Below are positions 37,545 through 44,688 of a stretch of DNA of 64,000 nucleotides, in pieces. How positions within the stretch are numbered: the first letter of the stretch is position 1; each line of letters starts with the position of its first letter. The stretch lies in the IMG/VR virus record IMGVR_UViG_3300036045_000007. One strand, given 5' to 3'. The notes beneath the pieces were generated by a model. The model made no database searches. It saw only the letters and a program-made list of their open reading frames with translations, and had not been told where the DNA came from. This DNA comes from a virus. A program made the translations under genes and the position numbers.

Positions 37545-37713
37545 GCCTTTTCGCGCCGAAGAGCGCGCAGCAATCCCCTCCCGCGATTCGAGCTGCGTTG
37601 CCGAACCACGGTCCCCGCACCATGCCCGACGCATGGCCGATCCGCGCACGCTGAGCGCACACCCAGCGCAGGCGGATAGGCCAGCGCTCCGCACTGGCAT
37701 CTACCCGGTGGCC

Positions 37714-38691
37714 TTACGCCACTTTCGCCTTCTCACCCACAACCGCCTTGGCCGCTTTCTTGCTGCCGTCGATCATGGCCTTGCTCAAGTACGCCAGCGA
37801 GTTCCGGTCGTTGGCGTTCACCAAACCCTGAGCCAGCGAATCACCCATTTCCTGCGTCCACCGCAGTATCGTGCCAAGCTGCACGAGGACCGCACAGTGC
37901 GTGGGACCGCTCAGAAGGGCCTTGATCCGCTCCGCAGCCTCGCGCGGCGACTCAGGCTCGGCTTGGGGCTTCTGGCCCTCGTCCTTCTCGCCCTTGGGCT
38001 TGCTGGCACGCTCCTCCTTGGCCTTCTCCTTGTCCGCCCCCTGCTCAGCGGTGAGCTTCCCCGTTACCCGCCGCACGGCAATGCTGGTCTCGGCAGCGGT
38101 CATCACTTGCGTGCCGTCCACCAACGCGGCGAACATGGCTTGCAGCTCTCCCACCTGCTCGGCGGTCAAGTCCGGCTTGAACTCCCAGTGCTCAGGCTTG
38201 GCGTCCTTCCCGCTCTGCCGCTTGAGCGTGGTCTCGAACGGGCGAATCTGGCCGATGCCCAACGCCTTGCACCCTTCCCGGCCATAGACCTCGGCGACAC
38301 CATGCAGCCGCAAGCAATCCTCCACCTGCGGAGTGTCGCTCTGGCCGCACACGTCGTCCAGCTCGCGTTGCAGCCGATTCACCCCTGCCGCACGGCTCTC
38401 ACGCCTGATCTTGGCGTCAGTCTCCCCACGCAGCCGATGGCCGAGGTACTTCGCCGCCGCTTTCCCGATCCAAAGCAGCGACACCGTGCGGGCCTTGGCG
38501 TAGTTCCCCGCGTGCTGACGCAGGGCTTCCAAGTCCCGCTCCAGCAGCTCGGCACGCTTGGCATCCGTCTCCGGTGTCTGCTCCGGTGGCGTACCCTCGG
38601 TTTCCAACGCCTGCTCAGCGTTGACGGCGGACGCACCGCCGGTGTTGCCAGCCAGCGCGGACGCTGGACCGGCCACTGTAGTAGTGGTCAT
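37714..38691 (-). CDS. hypothetical Lys/Glu-rich protein
   Basis: 325 aa from the ATG at 38691 (GAAGGGAG upstream). Charged KEKAKEERASKPKGEKDEGQKPQ linker. Confidence 0.5.
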   Translation of the reverse strand: MTTTTVAGPASALAGNTGGASAVNAEQALETEGTPPEQTPETDAKRAELLERDLEALRQHAGNYAKARTVSLLWIGKAAAKYLGHRLRGETDAKIRRESRAAGVNRLQRELDDVCGQSDTPQVEDCLRLHGVAEVYGREGCKALGIGQIRPFETTLKRQSGKDAKPEHWEFKPDLTAEQVGELQAMFAALVDGTQVMTAAETSIAVRRVTGKLTAEQGADKEKAKEERASKPKGEKDEGQKPQAEPESPREAAERIKALLSGPTHCAVLVQLGTILRWTQEMGDSLAQGLVNANDRNSLAYLSKAMIDGSKKAAKAVVGEKAKVA

Positions 38692-38729
38692 TGCGCAGAA
38701 TCTCCCTTCACGCATCCCCGCACTACGCT

Positions 38730-38761
38730 CAGGCACTTCGGGTGCCTGCACCGTGGGCGAA
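38730..38761 (-). repeat. hairpin-plus-12-mer element, copy c
   Basis: + strand: CAGGCAC-TTCGG-GTGCCTG then CACCGTGGGCGAA. Preceded by GCACTACGC, as in copy d. Confidence 0.65.
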
Positions 38762-38769
38762 CATCCGCC

Positions 38770-38925
38770 TTACCGGGCGACGACTGCCCTACGCTCACGC
38801 AGGAATCCCCGCAGCGTTGCCGTACCCCGCACTGGACGTCGTACTACCGTGGCGTGCGGATTCTCCCGCCCAGACCGCAGCCAGTCCGCCACCTGCCGCA
38901 CGCGCACTTTCTCCGTCGTGTGCAT
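38770..38925 (-). CDS. small Arg-rich protein (51 aa)
   Basis: ATG at 38925 lies 7 nt after GGAGAG. MHTTEKVRVRQVADWLRSGRENPHATVV... Flanked by element copies c and d. Confidence 0.35.
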   Translation of the reverse strand: MHTTEKVRVRQVADWLRSGRENPHATVVRRPVRGTATLRGFLRERRAVVAR

Positions 38926-38958
38926 GGAACTACTCTCCACGCACCCTGGCACTACGCC

Positions 38959-38990
38959 GGTGGCATACGATGCCACCCACCGTGGGCGAA
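38959..38990 (-). repeat. hairpin-plus-12-mer element, copy d
   Basis: + strand: GGTGGCAT-ACG-ATGCCACC then CACCGTGGGCGAA. Preceded by GCACTACGC. Confidence 0.65.
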
Positions 38991-39017
38991 GGGCGATGAT
39001 CTTACCGCACGCGATCC

Positions 39018-39221
39018 CTACACGCTGGCCTTGCCGCTGTAGTACCAGCCCACACTTCCGGTGCTGAACTCACGCGGCACCAGCGTCAGCGTCATGCCGT
39101 TGCCGTCCGTGAACGTGCGTGGCTTGGTGTTGTCCGCCAGCCACTTGGCCCTCTGCTCTGGCGTCCACGTCTTGCTGTGGACCACGGTGAGCTGCGACTG
39201 TGCTTGTACGACCTGTGCCAT
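39018..39221 (-). CDS. hypothetical protein
   Basis: 67 aa from the ATG at 39221. The C-terminal FSTGSVGWYYSGK motif is seen in many small bacterial and phage proteins (from memory). Confidence 0.5.
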   Translation of the reverse strand: MAQVVQAQSQLTVVHSKTWTPEQRAKWLADNTKPRTFTDGNGMTLTLVPREFSTGSVGWYYSGKASV

Positions 39222-39302
39222 GACCATAACCCACCCCTTACACCGCTGCACCATACCGCACCGCGTAGCACGGCGATTCGCGGATTTTTTCGCCGTCGCA
39301 AA

Positions 39303-39331
39303 ACCCTAGCTCGCAAAAAATCCGCTGTCAA
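39303..39331 (-). promoter_or_regulatory. sigma70-like promoter (TTGACA-17-TAGGGT) bracketed by an 11-bp inverted repeat
   Basis: Minus strand reads TTGACAGCGGATTTTTTGCGAGCTAGGGT. The inverted repeat GCGGATTTTTT (39280-39290) / AAAAAATCCGC (39315-39325) flanks the -10. Confidence 0.5.
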
Positions 39332-39434
39332 ATTTTCGGTCGAATTTTTTTTGCGGACCATTAGAGCCGCGCCCGCGCGATCCTCCTACTCGCGAACACC
39401 AATCCTTGCGCGCCTGCACGCACGCCCGCGTTCG

Positions 39435-39485
39435 TACCACACGCGCGTATCTTACCACGCCCACGCATACCCGCGCACGCGATCT
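39435..39485. repeat. three imperfect tandem ~15-18-nt units (iteron-like)
   Basis: TACCACACGCGCGTATCT / TACCACGCCCACGCA / TACCCGCGCACGCGATCT, read directly. Lies in the 549-nt ORF-free region. Confidence 0.35.
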
Positions 39486-39803
39486 CGCCAAACCCTATAC
39501 CTGCTCAGTGTTACCAATACCCCATAATCGCTGTATGTCGTAAGTCGTTGGTGGGTATGGTAGATGCGTCACGTACATGCCAATTTCTTGGCACGTTGGC
39601 AGCGATATTCACAACAGACAGGACATAAGCCTATGGCGTGTAAGGAGTTACTAAAACCCTACCCGCCCGGCCCCATCAAACCCTCCCAGGTCTCCGGGTA
39701 CACCACCACTGATTTTTAAGCCATTATCGCTCGCACCAGGACAGCGTAGGCCGCGTTTGGATTCAGAAAACGGACGGGGAGGCGTTTGAGAATTCGGGTT
39801 CGT

Positions 39804-40085
39804 CTAATGCGATTTCAGTGCCCTGGAAGTGGCATGTGGGCTTTTTACTGGCCAGGGTGGGCCAGGGTGTGTGAAAGGTGGAGTGAGCCCTTTGAGGTAG
39901 AAGACGTTTTGAGCGGTGAGGTTGTGATCGAGAACGAGGTCGAGCATGGCTGGTGAGACGACGATGAAGCCGTCAGCGGATCGGGCTGCGAACTTGGAGC
40001 CGGTGAGGTCGGAGTGACCGCAGGCTGGGAAGGTGGGAGCTGAGACGCCGGTGAGGAGGTCGAGCAGGTTTTGGGTAGCGTCCAT
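39804..40085 (-). CDS. hypothetical protein
   Basis: 93 aa from the ATG at 40085. Third codon positions mostly C, which looks coding, but there is no clear SD and no motif. Confidence 0.4.
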   Translation of the reverse strand: MDATQNLLDLLTGVSAPTFPACGHSDLTGSKFAARSADGFIVVSPAMLDLVLDHNLTAQNVFYLKGLTPPFTHPGPPWPVKSPHATSRALKSH

Positions 40086-40538
40086 GCTTACTGCCGATGT
40101 GGGTATGGAGAAATGGAAGAAGATGAGGAAAAATGCGCACCGTCCCCCTCTTGCGTCCGCCTCCGTGGTCCTCGTCCTCCTTGCGAGAGGGGTTGTCCAG
40201 TTCACTGTCTTTGGGGGTGGGTGGGGGTGGTTTTGACTCCACTTTTCCCTACCGCGCGCTCACCGCTGAACAAGTGTCAAGGATTAAACCTCGCACTGGA
40301 GTATCGAGTCCAGGCTGGCCTGGTCGCACCCTCTTGGCCAAATGAGGACTTTCCACCGTGCCCTGCCCTTCGGAGATGCGGTTTCCCGAGTCTACCGACT
40401 GGCGCCTCTGGCCTCACCCACGCGGGAGTTCACAACCGCCTATAGTTGGGGATCAGCGTGGGGTTCCCCTTGGGTTGTGGCCGATGAAGTTACCCCTTCG
40501 GTCGGCGGGATGATTTTAGGCTGGAGGGTGGGTTGGCG

Positions 40539-40682
40539 TCAAGCCTTCTCGAATTTCCAGTAACCGCCGTAGGCGCCGCCTTTGGTGAATGTGATGGTGC
40601 CTTTGTCGCCAGCGACGGCGGAATGATCGCTGTCGGTGCCGATGAGGAAGTGCCCTTCGCCGTCTTCATCGACGACGATCAT
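40539..40682 (-). CDS. possible small protein (47 aa, not in ORF track)
   Basis: My translation: MIVVDEDGEGHFLIGTDSDHSAVAGDKGTITFTKGGAYGGYWKFEKA. ATGA overlap with another possible 43-aa ORF (40680-40810). No SD. Confidence 0.25.
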   Translation of the reverse strand: MIVVDEDGEGHFLIGTDSDHSAVAGDKGTITFTKGGAYGGYWKFEKA

Positions 40683-40937
40683 GGTGTGAACTCTGACGCC
40701 TCGAATGGACTCCCATCGTCACATCGGACATCAAGCACCTTGGCGGACTTTTTTGTACCGTAAGGCCAGGTACGTGTTTTCATGGTTCGGAGATCGCGAT
40801 GGGTGGTCATGTGATTGGCGGCTCGTTCAGGTGTCCGCCGTCTCGCCAGCCGGTGATCCAGCGACGATGATTTCGAGAAGGCGGGCGGTTGTGGTTGCCT
40901 GGACGCGGGCGTCTTGTTCCATGTTATATTGAGTTGG

Positions 40938-40966
40938 GTGAAAAATTGGCGACAGTTTGGTAAGAT
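40938..40966 (+). promoter_or_regulatory. sigma70-like promoter (GTGAAA-17-TAAGAT) with GGCGACAGTT box in spacer
   Basis: GTGAAAAATTGGCGACAGTTTGGTAAGAT. Same -35 / 4 nt / box / -10 layout as promoters 35093-35122 and 48786-48813. Confidence 0.45.
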
Positions 40967-41143
40967 GGTGGGTGATGGCCGGGCAAAAGCGTTTGGAGAA
41001 ATTCCGTGGGGAGATGTCTCCTCCGTATGCTCACCGCGAGCGATAGGCGCGGGAAAAGTATCCCCGCCCGGCCATCGGAGCCTGGTTGCCCGGATACCGC
41101 CACGAGCCTCGCGAGAGGGAAAAGGCGGCACAACGCTCTGGCG

Positions 41144-41186
41144 CTCCCCCCGAAAGGGGAGTTGCCCAGCACCGGGCTCCTTTTTT
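41144..41186 (+). terminator. terminator/attenuator-like hairpin with U6, with competing upstream hairpin
   Basis: CTCCCC(CCGAAA)GGGGAG hairpin at 41144-41161. GGGGAG can instead pair in GGA..GCCC(AGCACC)GGGC.TCC, followed by TTTTTT at 41181-41186. The RBS GGAGG starts at 41192. Confidence 0.4.
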
Positions 41187-41204
41187 CATTTGGAGGCACG
41201 AGAT

Positions 41205-41459
41205 ATGCGGCGTAGTGAACCTGGTGACTTCGGCGTGGTCATGGACAAGGAGGAGTTTCGCCAGCGGATGCTCAGCGAGTTCGACGGGCAGTTCAAGGGG
41301 AAGATGAGCCTCGACGAGCTGCTTCTGCGACCGCGAGTGGCTTTGTGGTTTTGCGACTTCGTTCGGGAGAAGAACCGCTGGTGGGATCTGCCCGACGACG
41401 TGATCCTGCGGTCGATTATGGCCGCGAGAAAGAACCCTGCGTTGAAGAGCGGTGTATGA
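41205..41459 (+). CDS. hypothetical protein
   Basis: 84 aa from the ATG at 41205 (GGAGG 8 nt upstream). The in-frame upstream extension of the track ORF 40914 looks non-coding. Confidence 0.5.
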   Translation: MRRSEPGDFGVVMDKEEFRQRMLSEFDGQFKGKMSLDELLLRPRVALWFCDFVREKNRWWDLPDDVILRSIMAARKNPALKSGV

Positions 41460-41779
41460 TGATCCTGATGCACGTCACCCACGAGAACGGTGAGATGATC
41501 GGTCACTTCAAAAACAGTTGGCACCGGGACGGCGGCAAGCCGCAACAGCGTGGAACGCCGATGGTCGTGGTAACGGAAGAGCTTCTGCGCGCGGGGATGG
41601 CGGACAATGGCGGGTACACTCGGGCCCAATTCCAGTTGGTCGGCGTGCTTGAATGGCCCCCGCTGAAGGGATGGAAGCGGAGTGTGCTCGGCTCGCTCAT
41701 TCCCAGGGCGGACGCGGAAGAGTTTCTGCGGATTCGCCGGTTGAAGCGCGAGGAAGCCCAGGCACCAACCCTCTTCTAA
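41456..41779 (+). CDS. hypothetical protein
   Basis: 107 aa, ATGA overlap upstream. GGYTRAQFQLVGVLEWPPLKGWKRSVLG is a motif I recall from prophage hypotheticals. Confidence 0.5.
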   Translation: MMILMHVTHENGEMIGHFKNSWHRDGGKPQQRGTPMVVVTEELLRAGMADNGGYTRAQFQLVGVLEWPPLKGWKRSVLGSLIPRADAEEFLRIRRLKREEAQAPTLF

Positions 41780-41918
41780 TCACCGTCGGCGCCTCGATGT
41801 CTACGTGCCCGTTTGTCTGCTCGGCCTTCAACGTGCCGCAATTGGGGCACCAGAACTTGCGCTCGCCGGGCACGCCGAGGTTTTGCATCGTTTGGTTGCA
41901 GGTTGGACAGGCCATCAC
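41697..41918 (-). CDS. small Zn-ribbon protein
   Basis: MMACPTCNQTMQNLGVPGERKFWCPNCG. The 3' end converges on and overlaps 41456-41779 by 83 nt. Confidence 0.45.
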   Translation of the reverse strand: MMACPTCNQTMQNLGVPGERKFWCPNCGTLKAEQTNGHVDIEAPTVIRRGLVPGLPRASTGESAETLPRPPWE

Positions 41919-42103
41919 TTATTGATCCTTTCGAGCCAGCACTCCCGACACCGCTTCCGCTTGCGGTAGCCGGACGAGCCCTTGGCGAACATGGTGTGGC
42001 CGCACACGAGGCGGAACTCGATTGAGCCGTGACCATGCCTGGCATACTTGGACTGTCGCCACGTGACAGCCTGGACATCGACGAGCGGTCGTGGATCAGA
42101 CAT
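41915..42103 (-). CDS. small Cys-containing protein
   Basis: 62 aa from the ATG at 42103. C-terminal KRCRECW. Confidence 0.45.
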   Translation of the reverse strand: MSDPRPLVDVQAVTWRQSKYARHGHGSIEFRLVCGHTMFAKGSSGYRKRKRCRECWLERINK

Positions 42104-42294
42104 CACGTGCTCTCCAACCAAACGGTCACGTGCGGATCATCGCCACAGTCCCAATCAACACGGCGAACCAGGTAGGTGTGCTTCTCGATTGTGACCCGCT
42201 CGTTTTGAACCGGGATGCGCGGGAAGTAATCGACGCCGAATTCTAATGCCTGGTCGATGGCATGGCCCATGATCTTTACAACGACACGTCTCAT
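42103..42294 (-). CDS. hypothetical protein
   Basis: 63 aa from the ATG at 42294 (GAAGGAGA upstream). Confidence 0.45.
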   Translation of the reverse strand: MRRVVVKIMGHAIDQALEFGVDYFPRIPVQNERVTIEKHTYLVRRVDWDCGDDPHVTVWLEST

Positions 42295-42716
42295 TTCGGT
42301 TGTCTCCTTCTCTTCCGCTTCGCCTCGCGGCAAAGTTCGATGTACCGCTTCACCCAGGGCCCGTAGTGCCGGTGCTTCTGGTTCATCCGCCAAACGTCCT
42401 TCATGCGGTACTCGGTGAAGTCCTCGATGCGGAGCTGATCGTAGAACTCGTCGATGTCGCGACGAACGCCGATCTTCACCCCGCAGTGAATGCCCTTGTG
42501 AAACACCTGGTCGTTCAGCTCGATCCAACCGTGGGCGAACGGTTCACCTGGAGCCTCCTCGCCGTACTTCGGCTGCTCGTCGGGCACATGGGCAATGCCG
42601 TGAACGAGTAGCAATCGCGGCTCGTGCATCATGGCCGGTTCGAGATCGACGAAGTATTCGATCAGCTCGAAGGCGTCGTCGAAACAGGTTCCAGTCGGGT
42701 AGACGGTGCTACTCAC
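42291..42716 (-). CDS. hypothetical protein
   Basis: GTG at 42716 lies 5 nt after AGGAGG. 141 aa. Contains a coding copy of ACCGTGGGCGA at 42529-42539. Confidence 0.5.
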   Translation of the reverse strand: MSSTVYPTGTCFDDAFELIEYFVDLEPAMMHEPRLLLVHGIAHVPDEQPKYGEEAPGEPFAHGWIELNDQVFHKGIHCGVKIGVRRDIDEFYDQLRIEDFTEYRMKDVWRMNQKHRHYGPWVKRYIELCREAKRKRRRQPK

Positions 42717-42867
42717 CGAAACCTCCTGGTTCGCTTGCCCTTCTCGTTGAACTCCATCGTCCGCGGTTTCTTCTTCATAGCATCCCTGGATACCACGCAC
42801 CTGCGCCGAGGTTGACCATGTAGTAAACCAGCTCCATGTGCTTCGTGATCGCTCGTCGGCTTTGCCT

Positions 42868-43101
42868 TCACTGCTTTTTCCATCCCGGCGCTCCTTGCGC
42901 TTGTAACAAGTTCTGTGCTCTCAAGGCGACGATGCCTCCCTCTCTCGCGATCTCGTCCATCAACAGCCACACATCGGTCAGCGCGTCAGAGACTCGCGTG
43001 ATCTCATCATTCAACAGCTCGATGTCAGCGTGTGCCGACGCCGACCGCCAGCGTTGGCGAATGGTCTGGATGTCCCCCTCCGTCAACACCTTTTTGCTCA
43101 T
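42868..43101 (-). CDS. hypothetical protein
   Basis: 77-aa ORF, ATGA coupling upstream. Confidence 0.45.
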   Translation of the reverse strand: MSKKVLTEGDIQTIRQRWRSASAHADIELLNDEITRVSDALTDVWLLMDEIAREGGIVALRAQNLLQAQGAPGWKKQ

Positions 43102-43412
43102 GGTACTTTGCCCTTCGATACTCTCGCGCGTACTTCTTTGCCGCCGTCATCGGACTTCCGAACAGCTTTTGTAGCTCGACCATTTCCTTGTGGTCCGCTC
43201 GGCTGCACCGGGTGTTCATCTTCAGGCTCCGCTCGTTGAGGAATACCGTTCTTCTCCATGAATTCCATGAGATCACTGCGATAGACGCGGCGATGACTCG
43301 ACCCTGGGATCAGCCAGCCGATCAACATGCCGTTGTTGATCCACCGGATCACGGTTTGCTGGCCCACGCCGAGGAAGCGAGCAACGTCGCCGGTCGTCAT
43401 CACGTCCTTCAT
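43098..43412 (-). CDS. excisionase-family HTH DNA-binding protein
   Basis: MTTGDVARFLGVGQQTVIRWINNGML..HRRVYRSDLMEFMEKNG is a typical excisionase/MerR-like HTH. Confidence 0.65.
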   Translation of the reverse strand: MKDVMTTGDVARFLGVGQQTVIRWINNGMLIGWLIPGSSHRRVYRSDLMEFMEKNGIPQRAEPEDEHPVQPSGPQGNGRATKAVRKSDDGGKEVRARVSKGKVP

Positions 43413-43948
43413 ACGACCTTCCCATGCCGGTACGGGCGAGTGAGGTTGTATTCGAGTTTGCGTTTGATCCAGAACGCGAGATCATGCTTTGTCCGCGCCG
43501 CTTCCTCACACGTGCGGATCACGATGTCGGCAAGCTCGGCGGGATAGCCTTCAGGTTTTTCGTCGCCTTGGCGATACCAGCCGTTGATGCCGTGCTCGCC
43601 GCGCACCGCTTCGAGCGCTTCCGACACTTCCGAATGAATCAAGGCCAGCCGTTCGATGTGAGAAGAGTCCCGCACGATGCCTTCGCGGTCCACCGGCTCG
43701 TGGAAGCCTCGATCTTTGGCGCCGTTGAACGAGCGCTCGCACAGCTCCTTAATCGACATGCCGCGCTGGACATGCCGCGCGATCTCGTTCAGGGCCCACG
43801 ACACCGCTGGCACCAGGTTCACGAGATCGTACTGACCTATGCCCGAGACGATCTGGCGCAACAGCCTCACGTGCTCGTTGGCAGGTAGTAGGTCTTCGAC
43901 TTGGGCCTTGAAGTCCGCGCGAGCGGTCGCGGGTGAGTTGACATCCAT
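43409..43948 (-). CDS. MazG-like nucleotide pyrophosphohydrolase
   Basis: The C-terminal half LIHSEVSEALEA..PEGYPAELADIVIR..LEYNLTRPYRHGK matches the MazG/NTP-PPase four-helix pattern. Confidence 0.6.
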   Translation of the reverse strand: MDVNSPATARADFKAQVEDLLPANEHVRLLRQIVSGIGQYDLVNLVPAVSWALNEIARHVQRGMSIKELCERSFNGAKDRGFHEPVDREGIVRDSSHIERLALIHSEVSEALEAVRGEHGINGWYRQGDEKPEGYPAELADIVIRTCEEAARTKHDLAFWIKRKLEYNLTRPYRHGKVV

Positions 43949-43969
43949 AGATGACGTTTCCTTTCAGTT

Positions 43970-44428
43970 TTAAGTGCCGCATTTGCTGCACGAGTAACCG
44001 GCGCGAGTAATCGACCGGCAATTTTGGCAAGTCCTGTACTGGTTCCCCATCGCGTTCAGCGTGTTTAGAGTGATCTCCTCCCCGATCTTGTCCATGTACG
44101 ACTTGGCCGCGATCTCCGCGATCCGGGCAAGGCTGATCCTGATTTTCTCATTGGCCTCCGTTGGCTTCATCCAAGCGTTGACCCACTCTTTGACGAGACC
44201 GGACATCTGTGCGTCCAGCTCGACGCGGATCATCTTCGAGAGGCCGCTGGCTACGGTTTCTCCGTTGCGATCCCGCGTGTCATTCGTGAACTTCTTCCAC
44301 TCGGCGTCGATGAGAGCGGCCCACGCTTCGTCAGGGATAAGTTGGCCAAGGACCGCTTTCATCTGCTCGGTGACTTTGGCCTTGAAGCCTTCGATGGTCG
44401 GTAGTGCGATTTCGTTGCTCATGGCCAA
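43970..44428 (-). CDS. hypothetical protein with C-terminal Zn ribbon
   Basis: 152 aa. Ends CQNCRSITRAGYSCSKCGT. Confidence 0.5.
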   Translation of the reverse strand: MAMSNEIALPTIEGFKAKVTEQMKAVLGQLIPDEAWAALIDAEWKKFTNDTRDRNGETVASGLSKMIRVELDAQMSGLVKEWVNAWMKPTEANEKIRISLARIAEIAAKSYMDKIGEEITLNTLNAMGNQYRTCQNCRSITRAGYSCSKCGT

Positions 44429-44688
44429 TCCCTGTAAACGACGACACCTTCACCCTCGTACAACACTTCGACGGCGTTCACCGCAGGATCGAGCTTCAGG
44501 AAGGTCTTGGCGATCGCGCGGGTTTGGGTCTTCACGTCGCCCGCAAGTGGCGTCGTCTGCAACGCATCAGTGGCGATGTTGATGATGTCGTCGAAGAACT
44601 TCTCGGATTGTGCGTCGTCCTGAATCCAGAAGCGGCAAAAGAACGGGTGCAAATTAACCCGTCGCAGCCGTTCGGTAAGCGTGGTCAT
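44419..44688 (-). CDS. hypothetical protein
   Basis: 89 aa from the ATG at 44688 (ATGA overlap with the upstream stop). Confidence 0.45.
   Translation of the reverse strand: MTTLTERLRRVNLHPFFCRFWIQDDAQSEKFFDDIINIATDALQTTPLAGDVKTQTRAIAKTFLKLDPAVNAVEVLYEGEGVVVYRDWP

Noticed and set aside
37411-39042. + strand ORF of 543 aa, one of the longest in the track
   Set aside because: Its composition is Arg/Pro/Leu/Gly-rich, typical of an antisense shadow in GC-rich DNA. It overlaps SD-supported minus-strand genes and the repeat elements. The same reasoning rejects 28147-29847(+), 10897-12054(-), 44910-46058(+), 26308-27255(+), 55963-57060(-), 58164-59441(-), 49064-49882(-) and 17916-18803(-).
40415-40460. 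Group I intron core (AGTTCACA ... CTATAGTTGG resembles R/S elements)
   Set aside because: The resemblance covers short strings only. There are no separated P3/P7/P8 pairings and no interrupted host gene.
40973-41204. Assignment to a known riboswitch class (cobalamin, fluoride, ZTP, guanidine, c-di-GMP, Mn)
   Set aside because: I compared against consensus cores from memory and found none convincingly present. The class is left unassigned.
40914-41459. 181-aa track ORF spanning the leader and gene 41205
   Set aside because: The upstream 97 codons are Arg/Pro/Gly/Ser-rich with no SD. A GGAGG precedes the internal ATG at 41205, and the region folds into hairpins with a U6 tract.
42529-42539. 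Fifth copy of the ACCGTGGGCGA element
   Set aside because: It lies inside the coding sequence (FAHGW) of 42291-42716 with no adjacent hairpin. I treated it as a coding coincidence or relic rather than a functional copy.
42717-42867. Two coupled micro-ORFs (MELVYYMVNLGAGAWYPGML and MKKKPRTMEFNEKGKRTRRFR)
   Set aside because: They are only 20-21 codons with a weak or absent SD, so there is not enough evidence to list them as features. The track ORF 42713-42970 looks like Arg-rich read-through.
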